Of a DNA stretch of 64,000 bases, positions 1 through 9,776 are shown piece by piece. The position numbers and the translations under genes are program-made. The notes below the pieces were generated by a model. It was not told the origin of the DNA. It saw only the letters and a program-made list of their open reading frames with translations, and ran no database searches. Location of the stretch: the NCBI GenBank assembly GCA_963762565.1, contig CAVXLD010000001.1:896001-960000 (forward strand). Reading direction: 5' to 3'. Position 1 is the first letter of the stretch. Every line of letters begins with the position of its first letter. The DNA is from an uncultured Verrucomicrobiae bacterium. GTDB lineage: Bacteria > Verrucomicrobiota > Verrucomicrobiia > Chthoniobacterales > JAFAMB01.

Positions 1-2
1 CG

Positions 3-542
3 TGCCAACTTTGGATCTGGCTCAATGCCTTGGGCGCACTCGCTTTCCGGTTCTGGGTTGTTGATCGGTTCAACTACACCACGTTCGTGGAAGAAAAGCT
101 TTGGCCCAGTCTATTTCTACTTGAGAGCCTGATGCAACTCTGCCTGGTGATCGTGGTTTGCATTGGATTAGTGACGATCCCGCGCGACAGAAAATTCTGG
201 GTTTTCTTGGCTGCCCTAGTTTTTAGCGTCTTCGTCTACGGCGTTATCGTGGCTGCGTGGACGCTCGTGATCGTGCCGGAAGAATATCGGCTCGCGGCTA
301 CATTCGGTCTGTACGGAGCTTGTCTAACGATCCCGGCGGTCGCATTTGCTGTGTACTGCGCTGTGGTCACTCCCAGCACCGTATCACTTTTGATTTACGC
401 AGTAACCGTCACCATCGCCCTGAAGTGCGCTGCGATCATTCTAATAACGATCCCTTCACTGGCGTTTATCTCGTACGTTGTGATGATTCTCATCGCCATC
501 ACATCTGTCGTTCTTCCTCTGAGGTTCGGCTTCGCTAGATAA
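3..542 (+). CDS. Hypothetical multi-pass membrane protein, 5'-truncated by the window edge
   Basis: Frame is open from the window start and encodes several long hydrophobic segments; no recognisable motif. Confidence 0.55.
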   Translation, partial: CQLWIWLNALGALAFRFWVVDRFNYTTFVEEKLWPSLFLLESLMQLCLVIVVCIGLVTIPRDRKFWVFLAALVFSVFVYGVIVAAWTLVIVPEEYRLAATFGLYGACLTIPAVAFAVYCAVVTPSTVSLLIYAVTVTIALKCAAIILITIPSLAFISYVVMILIAITSVVLPLRFGFAR

Positions 543-609
543 TTCACAACAAGATCGCTAGGTTCAGGAGCCTTGGCGACGTCTGTTGCGGCTATTCTTG
601 TCTTCGTTA

Positions 610-776
610 ATGGCTCAGACCGAGACAACAACATTGTACCGGCCAGTGGGACCGAAGAGCTTGAGCTGATCAAGCGTGCGGATTGGAATACTTTCCCACA
701 GCGCTTACTCGAGCAGCCTATTTTCTATCCGGCGCCGAGTATCGATGAATACATCGAAATTTATACAAGGAAGTGA
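610..776 (+). pseudogene. Remnant of a small conserved protein (family often annotated 'ADP-ribosylation/crystallin J1'), frameshifted and truncated
   Basis: ATG610 gives MAQTETTTLYRPVGP; a frame change near 650 continues ELELIKRADWNTFPQRLLEQPIFYP, matching the recalled TLYRPVGxxELxLI...FPxRLPEQPIFYP motif; similarity ends after ~735. Confidence 0.6.
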
Positions 777-803
777 GCCGAAATTCTAGGGGACGATCGG
801 ACG

Positions 804-1016
804 TCACGCGAGCGCGTGTTTTGGCTCGGGCAACGGGATTCCATCCTGTTTGCTGAGCCTAACCCACTCATCCACCACTTGGCGTAGGTGCCGAAACACT
901 TCCTCAGGATCATCCCCATGAACCCCACCTCCCATGAGTTCCGGGCATTGGCCGATATAGCATTGATCTTCGTCGGACCAGTAGACCAAGTGCTCGTATC
1001 TATCGCCTTCTCTCAT
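804..1016 (-). CDS. hicB: HicB family antitoxin (short form, no DNA-binding domain)
   Basis: YxxxxxWSDEDQCYIGQCPELMGGGVHGDDPEEV...IPLPEP; ATGA overlap with the hicA stop. Confidence 0.85.
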   Translation of the reverse strand: MREGDRYEHLVYWSDEDQCYIGQCPELMGGGVHGDDPEEVFRHLRQVVDEWVRLSKQDGIPLPEPKHALA

Positions 1017-1201
1017 TCTGACAACTTTCTTCGCAGCTCTTTTTCTTGGTAAGGTTTGGCATCGTCGCCTTCCTTTCCCGATATCGTTATTCTCTTCGTT
1101 CCATCCGGACTTGTAAAGTTGCGATGCGATCCCTTGCCACCACGATTGATCCACCCGGCTCTTTCCAAGTCCCTGATTAATTCGCGGACCTTGCGTGGCA
1201 T
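1013..1201 (-). CDS. hicA: HicA family mRNA interferase toxin
   Basis: MPRKVRELIRDLERAGW..GGKGSHRNF with the GSH motif; 62 aa; upstream of hicB. Confidence 0.85.
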   Translation of the reverse strand: MPRKVRELIRDLERAGWINRGGKGSHRNFTSPDGTKRITISGKEGDDAKPYQEKELRRKLSE

Positions 1202-1285
1202 GCTCGTTGATTCTTCCTCAAGTAGGTCCAGGCCTGCAATAGGTTTTCTCCAGTCCAAAATTTGCTAAATTCGACCTCGCCCAAT

Positions 1286-1750
1286 ATGCCCAAGATCAGC
1301 GCTGGCCTGTTGATGTATCGTGGCGAACTCGCTTGCCGGGAAGTCTTGCTCGGTCATCCCGGGGGTCCTTTCTGGAGGAACAAAGATGATGGTGCTTGGA
1401 CGATACCCAAAGGCGAAGTGGAAACGGGAGAAGAATTGTTAGCGGCTGCTATCCGTGAATTCAACGAAGAGACCGGTCTAACGCCCATCGGGCCTTTTCT
1501 TGCATTGGGACAAGTCAAACATAAGTCCGGCAAAGTTGTTCACGCCTGGGCTTTCCGAGGCGACTGCAAACCGACCCAAATCAAAAGTAATACCTTCGAG
1601 ATCGAATGGCCGCCAAAGTCAGGTCATAGACAAGAATTCCCAGAGATCGACCGCGCCGATTTCTTCGATCTCTTTACCGCGCGAGGAAAGATCCTTGCAG
1701 CAGAACAACCCCTTCTGGACCGCTTGGCGGTCTTGATTGGTGAGAAATGA
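1286..1750 (+). CDS. NUDIX hydrolase
   Basis: SAGLLMYR, HPGGPFW, Nudix box GEVETGEELLAAAIREFNEETGL, FPEIDRA. Confidence 0.9.
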   Translation: MPKISAGLLMYRGELACREVLLGHPGGPFWRNKDDGAWTIPKGEVETGEELLAAAIREFNEETGLTPIGPFLALGQVKHKSGKVVHAWAFRGDCKPTQIKSNTFEIEWPPKSGHRQEFPEIDRADFFDLFTARGKILAAEQPLLDRLAVLIGEK

Positions 1751-1914
1751 TCGGTGCAAGCGATCCTCGAATTACCCAACTCTAGCCATTGGGCCGACAC
1801 ACCCGCGACACAATTGACCGATGTCATGCGTCGCCCTATAGGAAACAATCGCCACCAATCACCAATCACCTCTCACCAATCACCTTTCACCTTTCACCAA
1901 TCACCTCTCACCAA
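1733..1914. repeat. Inverted heptamer-repeat element (TTGGTGA-like left arm; TCACCAA/TCACCTY x~9 right arm)
   Basis: Left arm overlaps the NUDIX stop; tandem right arm at 1852-1913 ends just before the LysE ATG. Confidence 0.75.
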
Positions 1915-1916
1915 GA

Positions 1917-2522
1917 ATGAACACCTGGCTAAACTTCGCCCTAGTCGCACTGGTGGTCTCGCTAGTCCCCGGCCCTGCCTTTATCGTCGTACTGACCACT
2001 GCTCTACGCCGCGGGTTTAAGCCCGGGGCTTATGCGACAGCAGGAATTGTAGTTGGGGACGCAGTTTACTTTTTTATGACTGCAGTTGGGCTCGGCTCAG
2101 TTTTGGCGACATCATTCTGGACCTTTACGATCGTTAAATGGCTTGGGATCACTTATCTCGCCTATCTAGGCTTACGTTCGCTGTTTTTTCCTAGCAACAA
2201 TTTGATCGCTGCGGACGGACGTTCTGTCTCGAGACGATCTTCATTCTCCACCGCATTAACCGTTCAATTAGCAAATCCGAAACTTATCCTCTTCCTGGCG
2301 GCTCTGGTGCCACAGTTTCTGGACCCTACCCATCCCATACCACCACAGCTCGCTGTTTTGGGTGGGATCTTCATGTTGTCCGACACAATCATCTACTTGC
2401 TGCTGTCGATGCTGGCGGCACGCGCCCGGCCATTGTTAGCCAGTCCGCGAGCAACGCGAATTGTGAGTCGGGTCAGTGGAGTGGCGATGTTAGGTGCAGC
2501 CGCCCGAGTGGCGACGAAGTAG
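1917..2522 (+). CDS. LysE/RhtB family translocator
   Basis: PGP motif, G..YL.YLG and NPK motifs; hydrophobic; 201 aa. Confidence 0.9.
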   Translation: MNTWLNFALVALVVSLVPGPAFIVVLTTALRRGFKPGAYATAGIVVGDAVYFFMTAVGLGSVLATSFWTFTIVKWLGITYLAYLGLRSLFFPSNNLIAADGRSVSRRSSFSTALTVQLANPKLILFLAALVPQFLDPTHPIPPQLAVLGGIFMLSDTIIYLLLSMLAARARPLLASPRATRIVSRVSGVAMLGAAARVATK

Positions 2523-2860
2523 GAACAGCCGCAAAAGAGTTGGTAGGGCGAGGCTTCCGAAGGGCCTGAAGGAGCTAGGAGCTAGAATCTAGGACCTAGG
2601 AGGCGCGCTGCAGCTCGGTGACAGTCGTCCTCGTCCTCGTCGTCGTCCTCGTCCTCGGAAAGCGAATTCTTCCCGCGATGGCGTAGAAACCCAAGATTCT
2701 CGACTAAAGACCGGGATCCACTCAGCGGCCGATGCAACTCGGCCGAGCTAACCCGCTATTTTCGAGGACGAGAACGACGAGAGGACGAGAAGATACGAGC
2801 CGCGACACCCTCCTCTCCTCTCCTTCCTTCGCTCCCCTCCTTTTTCCTCTCTCACCCCCC
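2523..2860. repeat. Composite nested repeat element with incomplete right side
   Basis: Stacked left arms AACAGCCGCAAAAG, GGTAGGGCGAGGCTTCC, (AGGAGCT)n and (TCGTCC)n; the right side has only (GGACGA)n and a degenerate CTCCT arm. Confidence 0.75.
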
Positions 2861-3590
2861 TGGCGATCCGAGCAAGATCGGCGAGAAGCTGCTGCCGTGA
2901 CTTTTGCTCAAGGGCCCGTACGGGAGAAAATGTTGAATACAGAGCGACTAGACTGGCGGTATCACAGGTGAGACTCGAGCGCCATATATCGACCTCTGCG
3001 TCCTGGAAGCCGTTAGCCGTCAGATCTTCAAGACGTCTGTCGCGGTCGAGCGCAAAGGGAATGCGTTTTTGGCCGCTCCATGCCGGGCTGTCAGCGGTAC
3101 CCACAAACAAGTGATCGGTCGCGCGATGAAAATCATCGGGTTCCTCCGACCCGAAATGGTTCCACCACATTGCCCACCAACCACCGGGCTTCAACGATCG
3201 GTAGACCTTTGCCAATGCAGAAGCTTGCTCCAGCCAATGAAACGAGGTCGCAGAAACTCCTAGATCAAAAACTGCTTCCGGGAGAGCCGCCTCTTCAAAC
3301 GACGTTTGATCGATTTCGAGGCTAGCGGTTCCGATAGTCTCCTGGAGAAACGTTACTAGGCGTGGATCCGGCTCAATCGCCCGCAGACGCGACACGCCAA
3401 GGCTAAGTAGCCGCCGGGTGGCCAACCCTGTCCCCGGACCAATTTCGAAAAGAGAGCTTCCCGGGCGCAAGCCGCATCGAGTTTTCAATCGATCGTACAG
3501 GACATCCGGATACTCCGGGCGAGCCGCAGCATAGACCTTTGGGTCATGCCCGAAAAGACGGCGACCCTCATTCAGGGGAATCGTCTGCAT
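2748..3590 (-). CDS. Class I SAM-dependent methyltransferase; C-terminus derived from repeat DNA
   Basis: Y..ARPEYP, EIGPGTG, ATSFHW, LKPGG; the last ~37 codons read through the repeat element. Confidence 0.8.
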   Translation of the reverse strand: MQTIPLNEGRRLFGHDPKVYAAARPEYPDVLYDRLKTRCGLRPGSSLFEIGPGTGLATRRLLSLGVSRLRAIEPDPRLVTFLQETIGTASLEIDQTSFEEAALPEAVFDLGVSATSFHWLEQASALAKVYRSLKPGGWWAMWWNHFGSEEPDDFHRATDHLFVGTADSPAWSGQKRIPFALDRDRRLEDLTANGFQDAEVDIWRSSLTCDTASLVALYSTFSPVRALEQKSRQQLLADLARIARGVREEKGGERRKERRGGCRGSYLLVLSSFSSSKIAG

Positions 3591-3603
3591 CAGCTAAAAT
3601 ACA

Positions 3604-3808
3604 GGAATAGCCGCAAAAGGGCAAAACGCAAGAATAAGATCGGACGGATCTTCCCAGAAGCCCAGAAAGATCACGAAGAGGGATGTCGGGAGGAGGTCTA
3701 CGAAAAATAAAAGAAATCGCTTTGGACCTACGCGTTCTTCTGTGGATGAACCGCGTCCTGCAAGCTTCCTTTTTGCGCCTTTTGTGCCTTTTTGCGGCTA
3801 TTTATTCC
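3604..3808. repeat. Palindromic element with GGAATAGCCGCAAAA...TTTTGCGGCTATT termini
   Basis: Inverted arms with GCGCAAAA-type subrepeats; the same termini occur at 4866-5063. Confidence 0.8.
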
Positions 3809-4851
3809 TTTCTGTCGCCCGGCTTAAGCACGACCTTGACCCCTTGCTTGTTTTTCACGACGTCGAGCGCCTGATCCCATTGCGCGATCGAAAAACGATG
3901 GGTGATCAACCGTTGAGCATTTATTTTTCTTTCGGAGAGTAATTTCAGCGCTCTGGTCCAGGCTGTGGTGACACTGGCGTTGGTACCGGTAACGACCAGC
4001 TCTTTATAACAGATGGCGTCTTGATCGAGCAGTATCGGTTTACCGTATAAACCCATCTGACAAAAGCGTCCTCCTCGGCGGGCCACGTCGAGCAAGGTCT
4101 TGGCAGCAGGGGCCGCGCCGGAACATTCGATCACCAAATCGGCGCCATCCGTTTTGAATGCATCTGTCACCGATTCAATTACATTCTCAACTTCTTGAGC
4201 ATTGATGGTGTGATCAGCTCCGAGCTCTTTGGCTAAGGCAAGCCGCTCCAGATCTTGGGTTGTGCCAATCATGGCGACAGTAGCCCCCGCCACTTTTGCC
4301 AGCTGCAACGCTAGCAAGCCAATCGGGCCGGGACCGGTAATCGCAACATTATCTCCGGCTCGAACCCCAGCGGTCTCCAGAACCCCATGGACGGTGCATG
4401 CTAGCGGTTCCGTCAACGCTGCGCTTTCGAGATCGAGTTGGTCGGGAACTCGATGAAGGTTCGCTGCCGGAGTCAGCAAATAACGGGTAAAAGCGCCGTC
4501 TTGTTTCGAACCGATAGAACGCCGTCGAGGACACAGATTGGGTCTCCCCTGCCGGCAGGGCGCGCATTCGCCACAGGTGTAAAAATAAGTTTCCGTTGTA
4601 ACCCGATCGCCGACTGACCACCCTGTGACCTGTGGCCCAAGCTCGACAATAGTACCCGCGGTTTCATGGCCGATCGTGACCGGAGGATTGGTCTCGAATT
4701 CGTCCAGATAAATGTGGAGATCGGTCCCGCAAATCCCAGCCGAATCAACCTCGAGCACGATCTGACCAGATCGAGCCCGCGGCTCCAGGATATCCTGTAC
4801 TTCGATATTCCCGACTCCGCGCGCAGTTTTACGTACCGCTTGCATAGCCAT
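3802..4851 (-). CDS. Zn-dependent MDR alcohol dehydrogenase (polyol/L-iditol dehydrogenase-like)
   Basis: GICGTDLH, GHE, structural C-x2-C-x2-C-x7-C, GPGPIG. Confidence 0.9.
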   Translation of the reverse strand: MAMQAVRKTARGVGNIEVQDILEPRARSGQIVLEVDSAGICGTDLHIYLDEFETNPPVTIGHETAGTIVELGPQVTGWSVGDRVTTETYFYTCGECAPCRQGRPNLCPRRRSIGSKQDGAFTRYLLTPAANLHRVPDQLDLESAALTEPLACTVHGVLETAGVRAGDNVAITGPGPIGLLALQLAKVAGATVAMIGTTQDLERLALAKELGADHTINAQEVENVIESVTDAFKTDGADLVIECSGAAPAAKTLLDVARRGGRFCQMGLYGKPILLDQDAICYKELVVTGTNASVTTAWTRALKLLSERKINAQRLITHRFSIAQWDQALDVVKNKQGVKVVLKPGDRKE

Positions 4852-4865
4852 TTACTAAAGCAGAA

Positions 4866-5063
4866 GGAATAGCCGCAGGCGAAAAGCGCGAAAAAAAGGA
4901 GGCGCTGGAACAAAGGATGTCAATGGGTTATTCCCGGGAGCCGCTTGTCTACCCCGAATGCTTTCGGAGGCAGCCTGATTGCAGAACTGCCAACCTATAA
5001 AGCGGCTCCCCTCCAGGCCCATTCTTTCTTTTGCGCTTTTTGTGCCTTTTTTGCGGCTATTCC
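4866..5063. repeat. Palindromic element: GGAATAGCCGC termini enclosing a GGGAGCCGC/GCGGCTCCC core
   Basis: Outer arms match 3604-3808; the inner core matches the family at 24694, 29981, 33461 and 35650. Confidence 0.8.
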
Positions 5064-5085
5064 CGTTTGAAGCGACGAGACTAAC

Positions 5086-5898
5086 TTATTTGCCGCCGTC
5101 GGTTTTATCCGTGTCAGATTTCTGTTCGTCGGCTGGACTCGCGGAGGGACTAGCACTGGGACTTGGGCTTTCAGTTCCGGATTTCAGTTCTCCGGATTTC
5201 TGCTCCTCAGACTTCGGCGCCGCTGGTGAGAATTGAGGAAGCGCTGGTTTCATTTGAGGAACCGCAGGCCGCTCGAACTTTTTGTAATCGGTCGGCAACT
5301 CGAACACGGATGCATCCGGCGGTCCTAACTTAATATTCTTCCATTCAGCCGTGGTCATTGCGTCATCCGACTTAACCAACATATGGGTGTTTTGGCCGAC
5401 CCAGATAAAACCGGTCACATTGCGTCTGGGCGGCAACATCTGCTTATTCTGCGCCAGCATTTTCTTTGGATCGGAAGCGAAGTGGTACTTGTCACAAAGC
5501 TCTCCGTTAACCTCCTCGGTACCCACCTTTTCGTGGACAATTCCGAGCCTCTTAGCCCAATCTCCCGTCGACTCCAGCAGCTTAGGATCCAAAGCCGCTT
5601 CCATGTATGTCTTGGTGCCGGGGTTCAAAATGTACCGCTTACCGAGGTCGCCTCGAATGATAACGGTACCGCCGCCATTGGACACCTGGTCGGTCCGGCG
5701 CTTATTCCCGTCGACATAGACTCGCATGTTCACTGGCGGCGCTGTTTTCTCTCCCATTTTTCGGTTAACAACCAAATCCGCGCTGTATTGGGTTGGCGCA
5801 TTTGCCAGGGGGTTATCGCTCGTCTCTTCGGCCGGCGCATTAAACGCGGGGAGGATGGAAACCAGGGTAAAAAAGCCCGCGGAGATTAGTCTCTTCAT
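5086..5898 (-). CDS. Exported protein, DUF4412-like, with a Pro/Ser-rich tail
   Basis: Signal peptide; GTEEVNGELCDKY and PDASVFELPTDYK motifs; PSPSASPSASP tail. Confidence 0.65.
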   Translation of the reverse strand: MKRLISAGFFTLVSILPAFNAPAEETSDNPLANAPTQYSADLVVNRKMGEKTAPPVNMRVYVDGNKRRTDQVSNGGGTVIIRGDLGKRYILNPGTKTYMEAALDPKLLESTGDWAKRLGIVHEKVGTEEVNGELCDKYHFASDPKKMLAQNKQMLPPRRNVTGFIWVGQNTHMLVKSDDAMTTAEWKNIKLGPPDASVFELPTDYKKFERPAVPQMKPALPQFSPAAPKSEEQKSGELKSGTESPSPSASPSASPADEQKSDTDKTDGGK

Positions 5899-5958
5899 GG
5901 TTCGCTCTTACAGTCTTCCAGGCATTTCGGCTAGAACCAAAAATGGAAGATTTTTTGT

Positions 5959-6224
5959 CCCACCAGTCGCGCCAGGCGCACCGGGCGCTTCGTTCTTGTC
6001 CTCGAAGGCGGCCACGCGGAGTGATGGAGTGTGGGAGTGTTGGAGCATTGCAGTAGTGCGTTTTGTCTGGGATTGCACCATTTTCTGGATGTCTGGCCGG
6101 ATGCTAGCACCATCAGCATCTGCAAAGCGTTGAGGCGAGTGCAAATCGACGGATGGGGCACCACTCCACCACTCCATCACTCCGCGCGGCCGGATTCGAG
6201 GACGAGAACGAAGCGTCTGGTGGG
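5959..6224. repeat. Nested palindromic element: hexamer (TCGTYC) shell around an octamer (GGAGTGAT/ATCACTCC) shell
   Basis: CGCTTCGTTCTTGTCCTCGAA..GCGGAGTGATGGAGTG is inverted against CACTCCATCACTCCGCG..TTCGAGGACGAGAACGAAGCG. Confidence 0.85.
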
Positions 6225-6231
6225 GAAAGCC

Positions 6232-7758
6232 TCACCACAGACCCCGATCCAGCGTCCGATATTGGACAGCTTCACCCAGATGGTCGGCTGTAATCTGTTC
6301 GGCGCCGGCCAAGTCGGCGATCGTACGCGCGACTTTCAGGATGCGATCATACGCTCGCGCACTGAGGTTTAGGTTGGTGACCGCCCTACGGATCAATTCG
6401 ATTCCCTCCGAGTCCAAGCGGCAATGCTTCTTCAACAATCGAGTGGCCATTTGACCGTTGTTCCGAATCAACCCTTCCCGAGCGAATCGTTTCTGCTGCA
6501 CTAAGCGCGCCCGTCTCACCCGGTCTCGGATCGCAGCCGAACCTTCGCCTTCCGCGGTTGAGGTGAGCTCGTTCATCTCGATGGCCGGCACTTCAACGTG
6601 GATATCGATCCGGTCAAGCAACGGCCCGGATAACCTGCTCCGATACCGTTGCACCTGGTTGGGCGAGCAACGGCATTCCCGACGCGGATTTCCGTAGTGA
6701 CCACACGGACAAGGGTTCATAGCGGCAACTAACATGAAGCTCGCCGGAAATGTCATGGACCCGGCAGCTCGGGAAATCGTGACTTTGCCGTCCTCCAAGG
6801 GCTGGCGCAGTACCTCCAGAGTGGACCGATGAAACTCCGGCAGTTCATCCAGGAACAAAACCCCATTATGGGCCAAGCTCACTTCGCCCGGCGTAGGCTG
6901 CGCTGAGCCTCCTAATAGACCGGCGTCTGATACCGTATGATGTGGACTCCGGAACGGGCGTTCGGTAACGAATTGGCGGGATCCATTTAATAACCCGCAG
7001 ATGCTATGGATTTTAGTGGTCTCTATTGCTTCCGCCATGGTGATCGGAGGGAGGATCGTGGGCAACCGTTTTGCGATCATCGATTTACCGGAACCGGGCG
7101 GCCCGATCATGAGCAGATTATGGTTGCCAGCAGCAGCCACTTCGACGGCGCGTTTGACATGTTGCTGGCCATGAACCTCGGCGAAATCGTCGTCGATCTT
7201 GCCCGGAGTAAATGCAGGTTGGCCGGCGACTGGTTCCAGGGGGGCTTCACCGCGCAAGAAATTCACGACCTCGCTAAGGCTGTTAGCGCCGTAAGCAGCT
7301 AAACCCTGTACTGGAGCCGCTTCCTCGGCATTCAGTTTCGGGACAATGAGAATCTGGCGTCCGCGCCTTTTCGCTTCAAGAGCAATGGCCAACACTCCTC
7401 GGACCGGCCGGAGCTCACCAGAGAGCGCGAGTTCGCCAGCCAAACAATACGGATCCAAGTCCGGTATCCTGTTATCGTCAATTAACTTGAGCAGGCCCAA
7501 CGCAATCGGCAGATCGAAACTCGGACCTTCTTTTCGAACCGTCGCCGGAGCGAGGTTGACGGTGATTTTACCACGTGGCCAGCGCAGAGCCGTATTGGTA
7601 ATGGCTGAACGCACCCGGTCCTTGCTTTCACGAACCGCGGTATCCGGTAGGCCAACTACTGTAACTTTGCCTTCTTCGCCCCAGCCGGCATGCACTTCGA
7701 CTTCGATCTCAAAGGCATCGACTCCGACCACCGCAGCAGAATAGACCTTTGATGCCAT
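6232..7758 (-). CDS. comM: YifB/ComM Mg-chelatase-like AAA+ ATPase
   Basis: [56 protein letters not shown]. Confidence 0.95.
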   Translation of the reverse strand: MASKVYSAAVVGVDAFEIEVEVHAGWGEEGKVTVVGLPDTAVRESKDRVRSAITNTALRWPRGKITVNLAPATVRKEGPSFDLPIALGLLKLIDDNRIPDLDPYCLAGELALSGELRPVRGVLAIALEAKRRGRQILIVPKLNAEEAAPVQGLAAYGANSLSEVVNFLRGEAPLEPVAGQPAFTPGKIDDDFAEVHGQQHVKRAVEVAAAGNHNLLMIGPPGSGKSMIAKRLPTILPPITMAEAIETTKIHSICGLLNGSRQFVTERPFRSPHHTVSDAGLLGGSAQPTPGEVSLAHNGVLFLDELPEFHRSTLEVLRQPLEDGKVTISRAAGSMTFPASFMLVAAMNPCPCGHYGNPRRECRCSPNQVQRYRSRLSGPLLDRIDIHVEVPAIEMNELTSTAEGEGSAAIRDRVRRARLVQQKRFAREGLIRNNGQMATRLLKKHCRLDSEGIELIRRAVTNLNLSARAYDRILKVARTIADLAGAEQITADHLGEAVQYRTLDRGLW

Positions 7759-7882
7759 AACAGACTGCAATAGTGTTTTATATCCCAAAAATTGGCAAGT
7801 TGTTTTGCTAATAATATAACGTCCTATTTTTACGTTGGTTCACCTTTGACGAATGCCCCGACTAGCACTAGGGTTTGCTGGC

Positions 7883-8101
7883 ATGAACGAGCAACTCAGA
7901 GAACTTCTGATCGCTTCAAGGTTTGTTCCTTTTAGGGTGCGATTGAATGACGGCTCAGCCTACGACGTGCCGTCAAGAGAACATGCCTGGTTCGGTACCG
8001 GACGATCAGGGTTGCTTTTCATCGAACGCGACTCCGGGGCAGCATCGGTCATCCAGATTCGGAATATCGTTGCAGTGGAGACGCCGGGAAGAGGGGGCTA
8101 G
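7883..8101 (+). CDS. Small hypothetical protein
   Basis: 72 aa with F.PF.V.L.DG..Y.V...E pattern; AT-rich upstream region. Confidence 0.55.
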   Translation: MNEQLRELLIASRFVPFRVRLNDGSAYDVPSREHAWFGTGRSGLLFIERDSGAASVIQIRNIVAVETPGRGG

Positions 8102-8127
8102 GCGGGCGAAATAGAGCAAATCCAAGC

Positions 8128-8337
8128 CCAGGACGCTTCTGCCGCCCCTTCAGGGCGCATTCTTCTCCTAACGGTAACCCTGGGCTAAGTTGTGCCGCCC
8201 CTTCGGGGCAAAGATCAGGAAAACTTACCCAAGCTACTCCATCACTCCAATACTCCATCACTCCAATACTCCGACACTCCATCACTCCGCGTGGCCGGAT
8301 TCGAGGACGACGATGACGAGAACGAGTACGAAGTCCG
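8128..8337. repeat. REP-like GCCCCTTC(A/G)GGGC pair followed by an octamer/hexamer half-element
   Basis: (ACTCCATC/ACTCCAAT)n-CGCGTGGCCGGATTCGAGGACGACG at 8235-8336 is the reverse complement of 43390-43473. Confidence 0.8.
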
Positions 8338-9165
8338 CTACGCGACCTCGTTGACCAATTCCCCAAGAGGAGCAGCGGTGATCTGAACCACGTCTCCTGG
8401 CAACAACGTAAAATCGTTTGGGGGGACAATCCCGGTACCAGTCAATAAAAAGGCGCCGGCGGGGAAACTGAGTTCTCGGTAAAGGTATTCGACCAAGACA
8501 TCCAGTTCGCGATGAATTCGTCGGAGCGGAACCTGGCCTTGGAAAATTGTTTGGCCGCTGCGTTCAATCAGCAAGGCGATTTCCGTGTCCAGATCCAAGG
8601 GCTCTTCCGTCACCAGGATGGCAGGGCCCAGGGAACAGCTGCCGTCGTAGACTTTGGCTTGAGGGAGATAGAGCGGATTCTCCCCCTCGATATCGCGGGA
8701 TGAAACGTCATTTCCAAGGGTGTAACCAATGATTTTTGCATCCCGATTAATGACGAGAACAAGTTCTGGTTCGGGCACACTCCAACGCGCATCGCGCCGG
8801 ACCCGGATTTTGCCGTAGGGAGCCACGACCCGCCAGCCAGCCGCTTTAAAGAAGAGCTCTGGCCGCTCGGCGTCGTAAACCCGAGAATAAAACACGGCAG
8901 CGCCACTTTCTTGGGCTTCTTCCCGGCGTCCTTCCCGGCTCCGTTCATAGGTAACACCCGCAGCCCAAACCTCCTGAGCTCCAACCGGAGCTAGCAATTC
9001 TTCCGGCAAAGGGGGTCGCCCCGTTTTGGCATCCGCTTTGAGGTTCGAAAGATAAGCGTATAGACTCTGGTGGCTCAATAACTCGTCGAAGTCGGTGTCC
9101 GGGACCTGAAAATAGTTCTTGTCTGATCGGGCAAGAATGCCGCGCGAAGTCCGATAAAGATACAT
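8338..9165 (-). CDS. Fumarylacetoacetate hydrolase family protein (2-keto-3-deoxypentonate dehydratase-like)
   Basis: QEVWAAGVTY, RPELFFK, VPEPEL, NDVSSRDIEGENPLYLPQAK, TGTGIVP. Confidence 0.9.
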   Translation of the reverse strand: MYLYRTSRGILARSDKNYFQVPDTDFDELLSHQSLYAYLSNLKADAKTGRPPLPEELLAPVGAQEVWAAGVTYERSREGRREEAQESGAAVFYSRVYDAERPELFFKAAGWRVVAPYGKIRVRRDARWSVPEPELVLVINRDAKIIGYTLGNDVSSRDIEGENPLYLPQAKVYDGSCSLGPAILVTEEPLDLDTEIALLIERSGQTIFQGQVPLRRIHRELDVLVEYLYRELSFPAGAFLLTGTGIVPPNDFTLLPGDVVQITAAPLGELVNEVA

Positions 9166-9307
9166 GGTCAGATTTTTCTCTCTTAAGTTGTGATCCCTCC
9201 GGGCTACGTTTTCTAAACCGTTCTTTCCGCGAAAACCCAGCCCTCGCTAAAGCTATGGCGGGCAAGCCGGAGCCGCGGCCACTGCCCATTTCAGTGACCG
9301 CTCTTTA

Positions 9308-9529
9308 TCACACTTCGTGGTTGGTTGTGTGGTGACGTTCAAGATCGCTTCTGGCTGCCTCGACCGCATCATCGACCGTCTTCGACCCTTTGTTGGAAGA
9401 ACCACCAATGTTGCATTCGTGACAGTTCCAAGTGCCCCACATCGCCCCGGCTTCGCTTTCTTCGACGTGTATCGTATACCGAACACTCCCTTTGGTGTAA
9501 TCGTGCTGATGGATTTCCTTTACAGGCAT
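9308..9529 (-). CDS. Small hypothetical protein, possible Zn binder
   Basis: 73 aa; AGGAG RBS upstream; CHEC and a C-terminal HHxxxH. Confidence 0.6.
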   Translation of the reverse strand: MPVKEIHQHDYTKGSVRYTIHVEESEAGAMWGTWNCHECNIGGSSNKGSKTVDDAVEAARSDLERHHTTNHEV

Positions 9530-9582
9530 AGGAGCTCCTTTCGACTAAACCCAACCTCGCGTCGAACCCGCGGACGCACAAG

Positions 9583-9772
9583 TCACAGTTCGGCGTTTGG
9601 CGTTTGGCGTTCGGCGTTTGCGGTTTGGAGGTGCCGAGGGTATTGGGAGAATCCACGCGTGCGAGCATTTAAGAATGAGACCTATGCGACCAATCGCACG
9701 TATGGGTCGCAGCCAGAAACCTTGCAAGGAAAGGTCGAGCGCCGAACGCCAAACGCCAAACGCCGAACGTGA
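9583..9772. repeat. Inverted heptamer-repeat element (GGCGTTY)n / (RAACGCC)n
   Basis: Arms at 9588-9618 and 9738-9768; inner GACCTATGC/ATGGGTC palindrome. Confidence 0.85.
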
Positions 9773-9776
9773 ACCC

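Noticed and set aside
6232..7758. comM as an integration site for a mobile island
   Set aside because: The gene is intact and no integrase or att duplication is visible.
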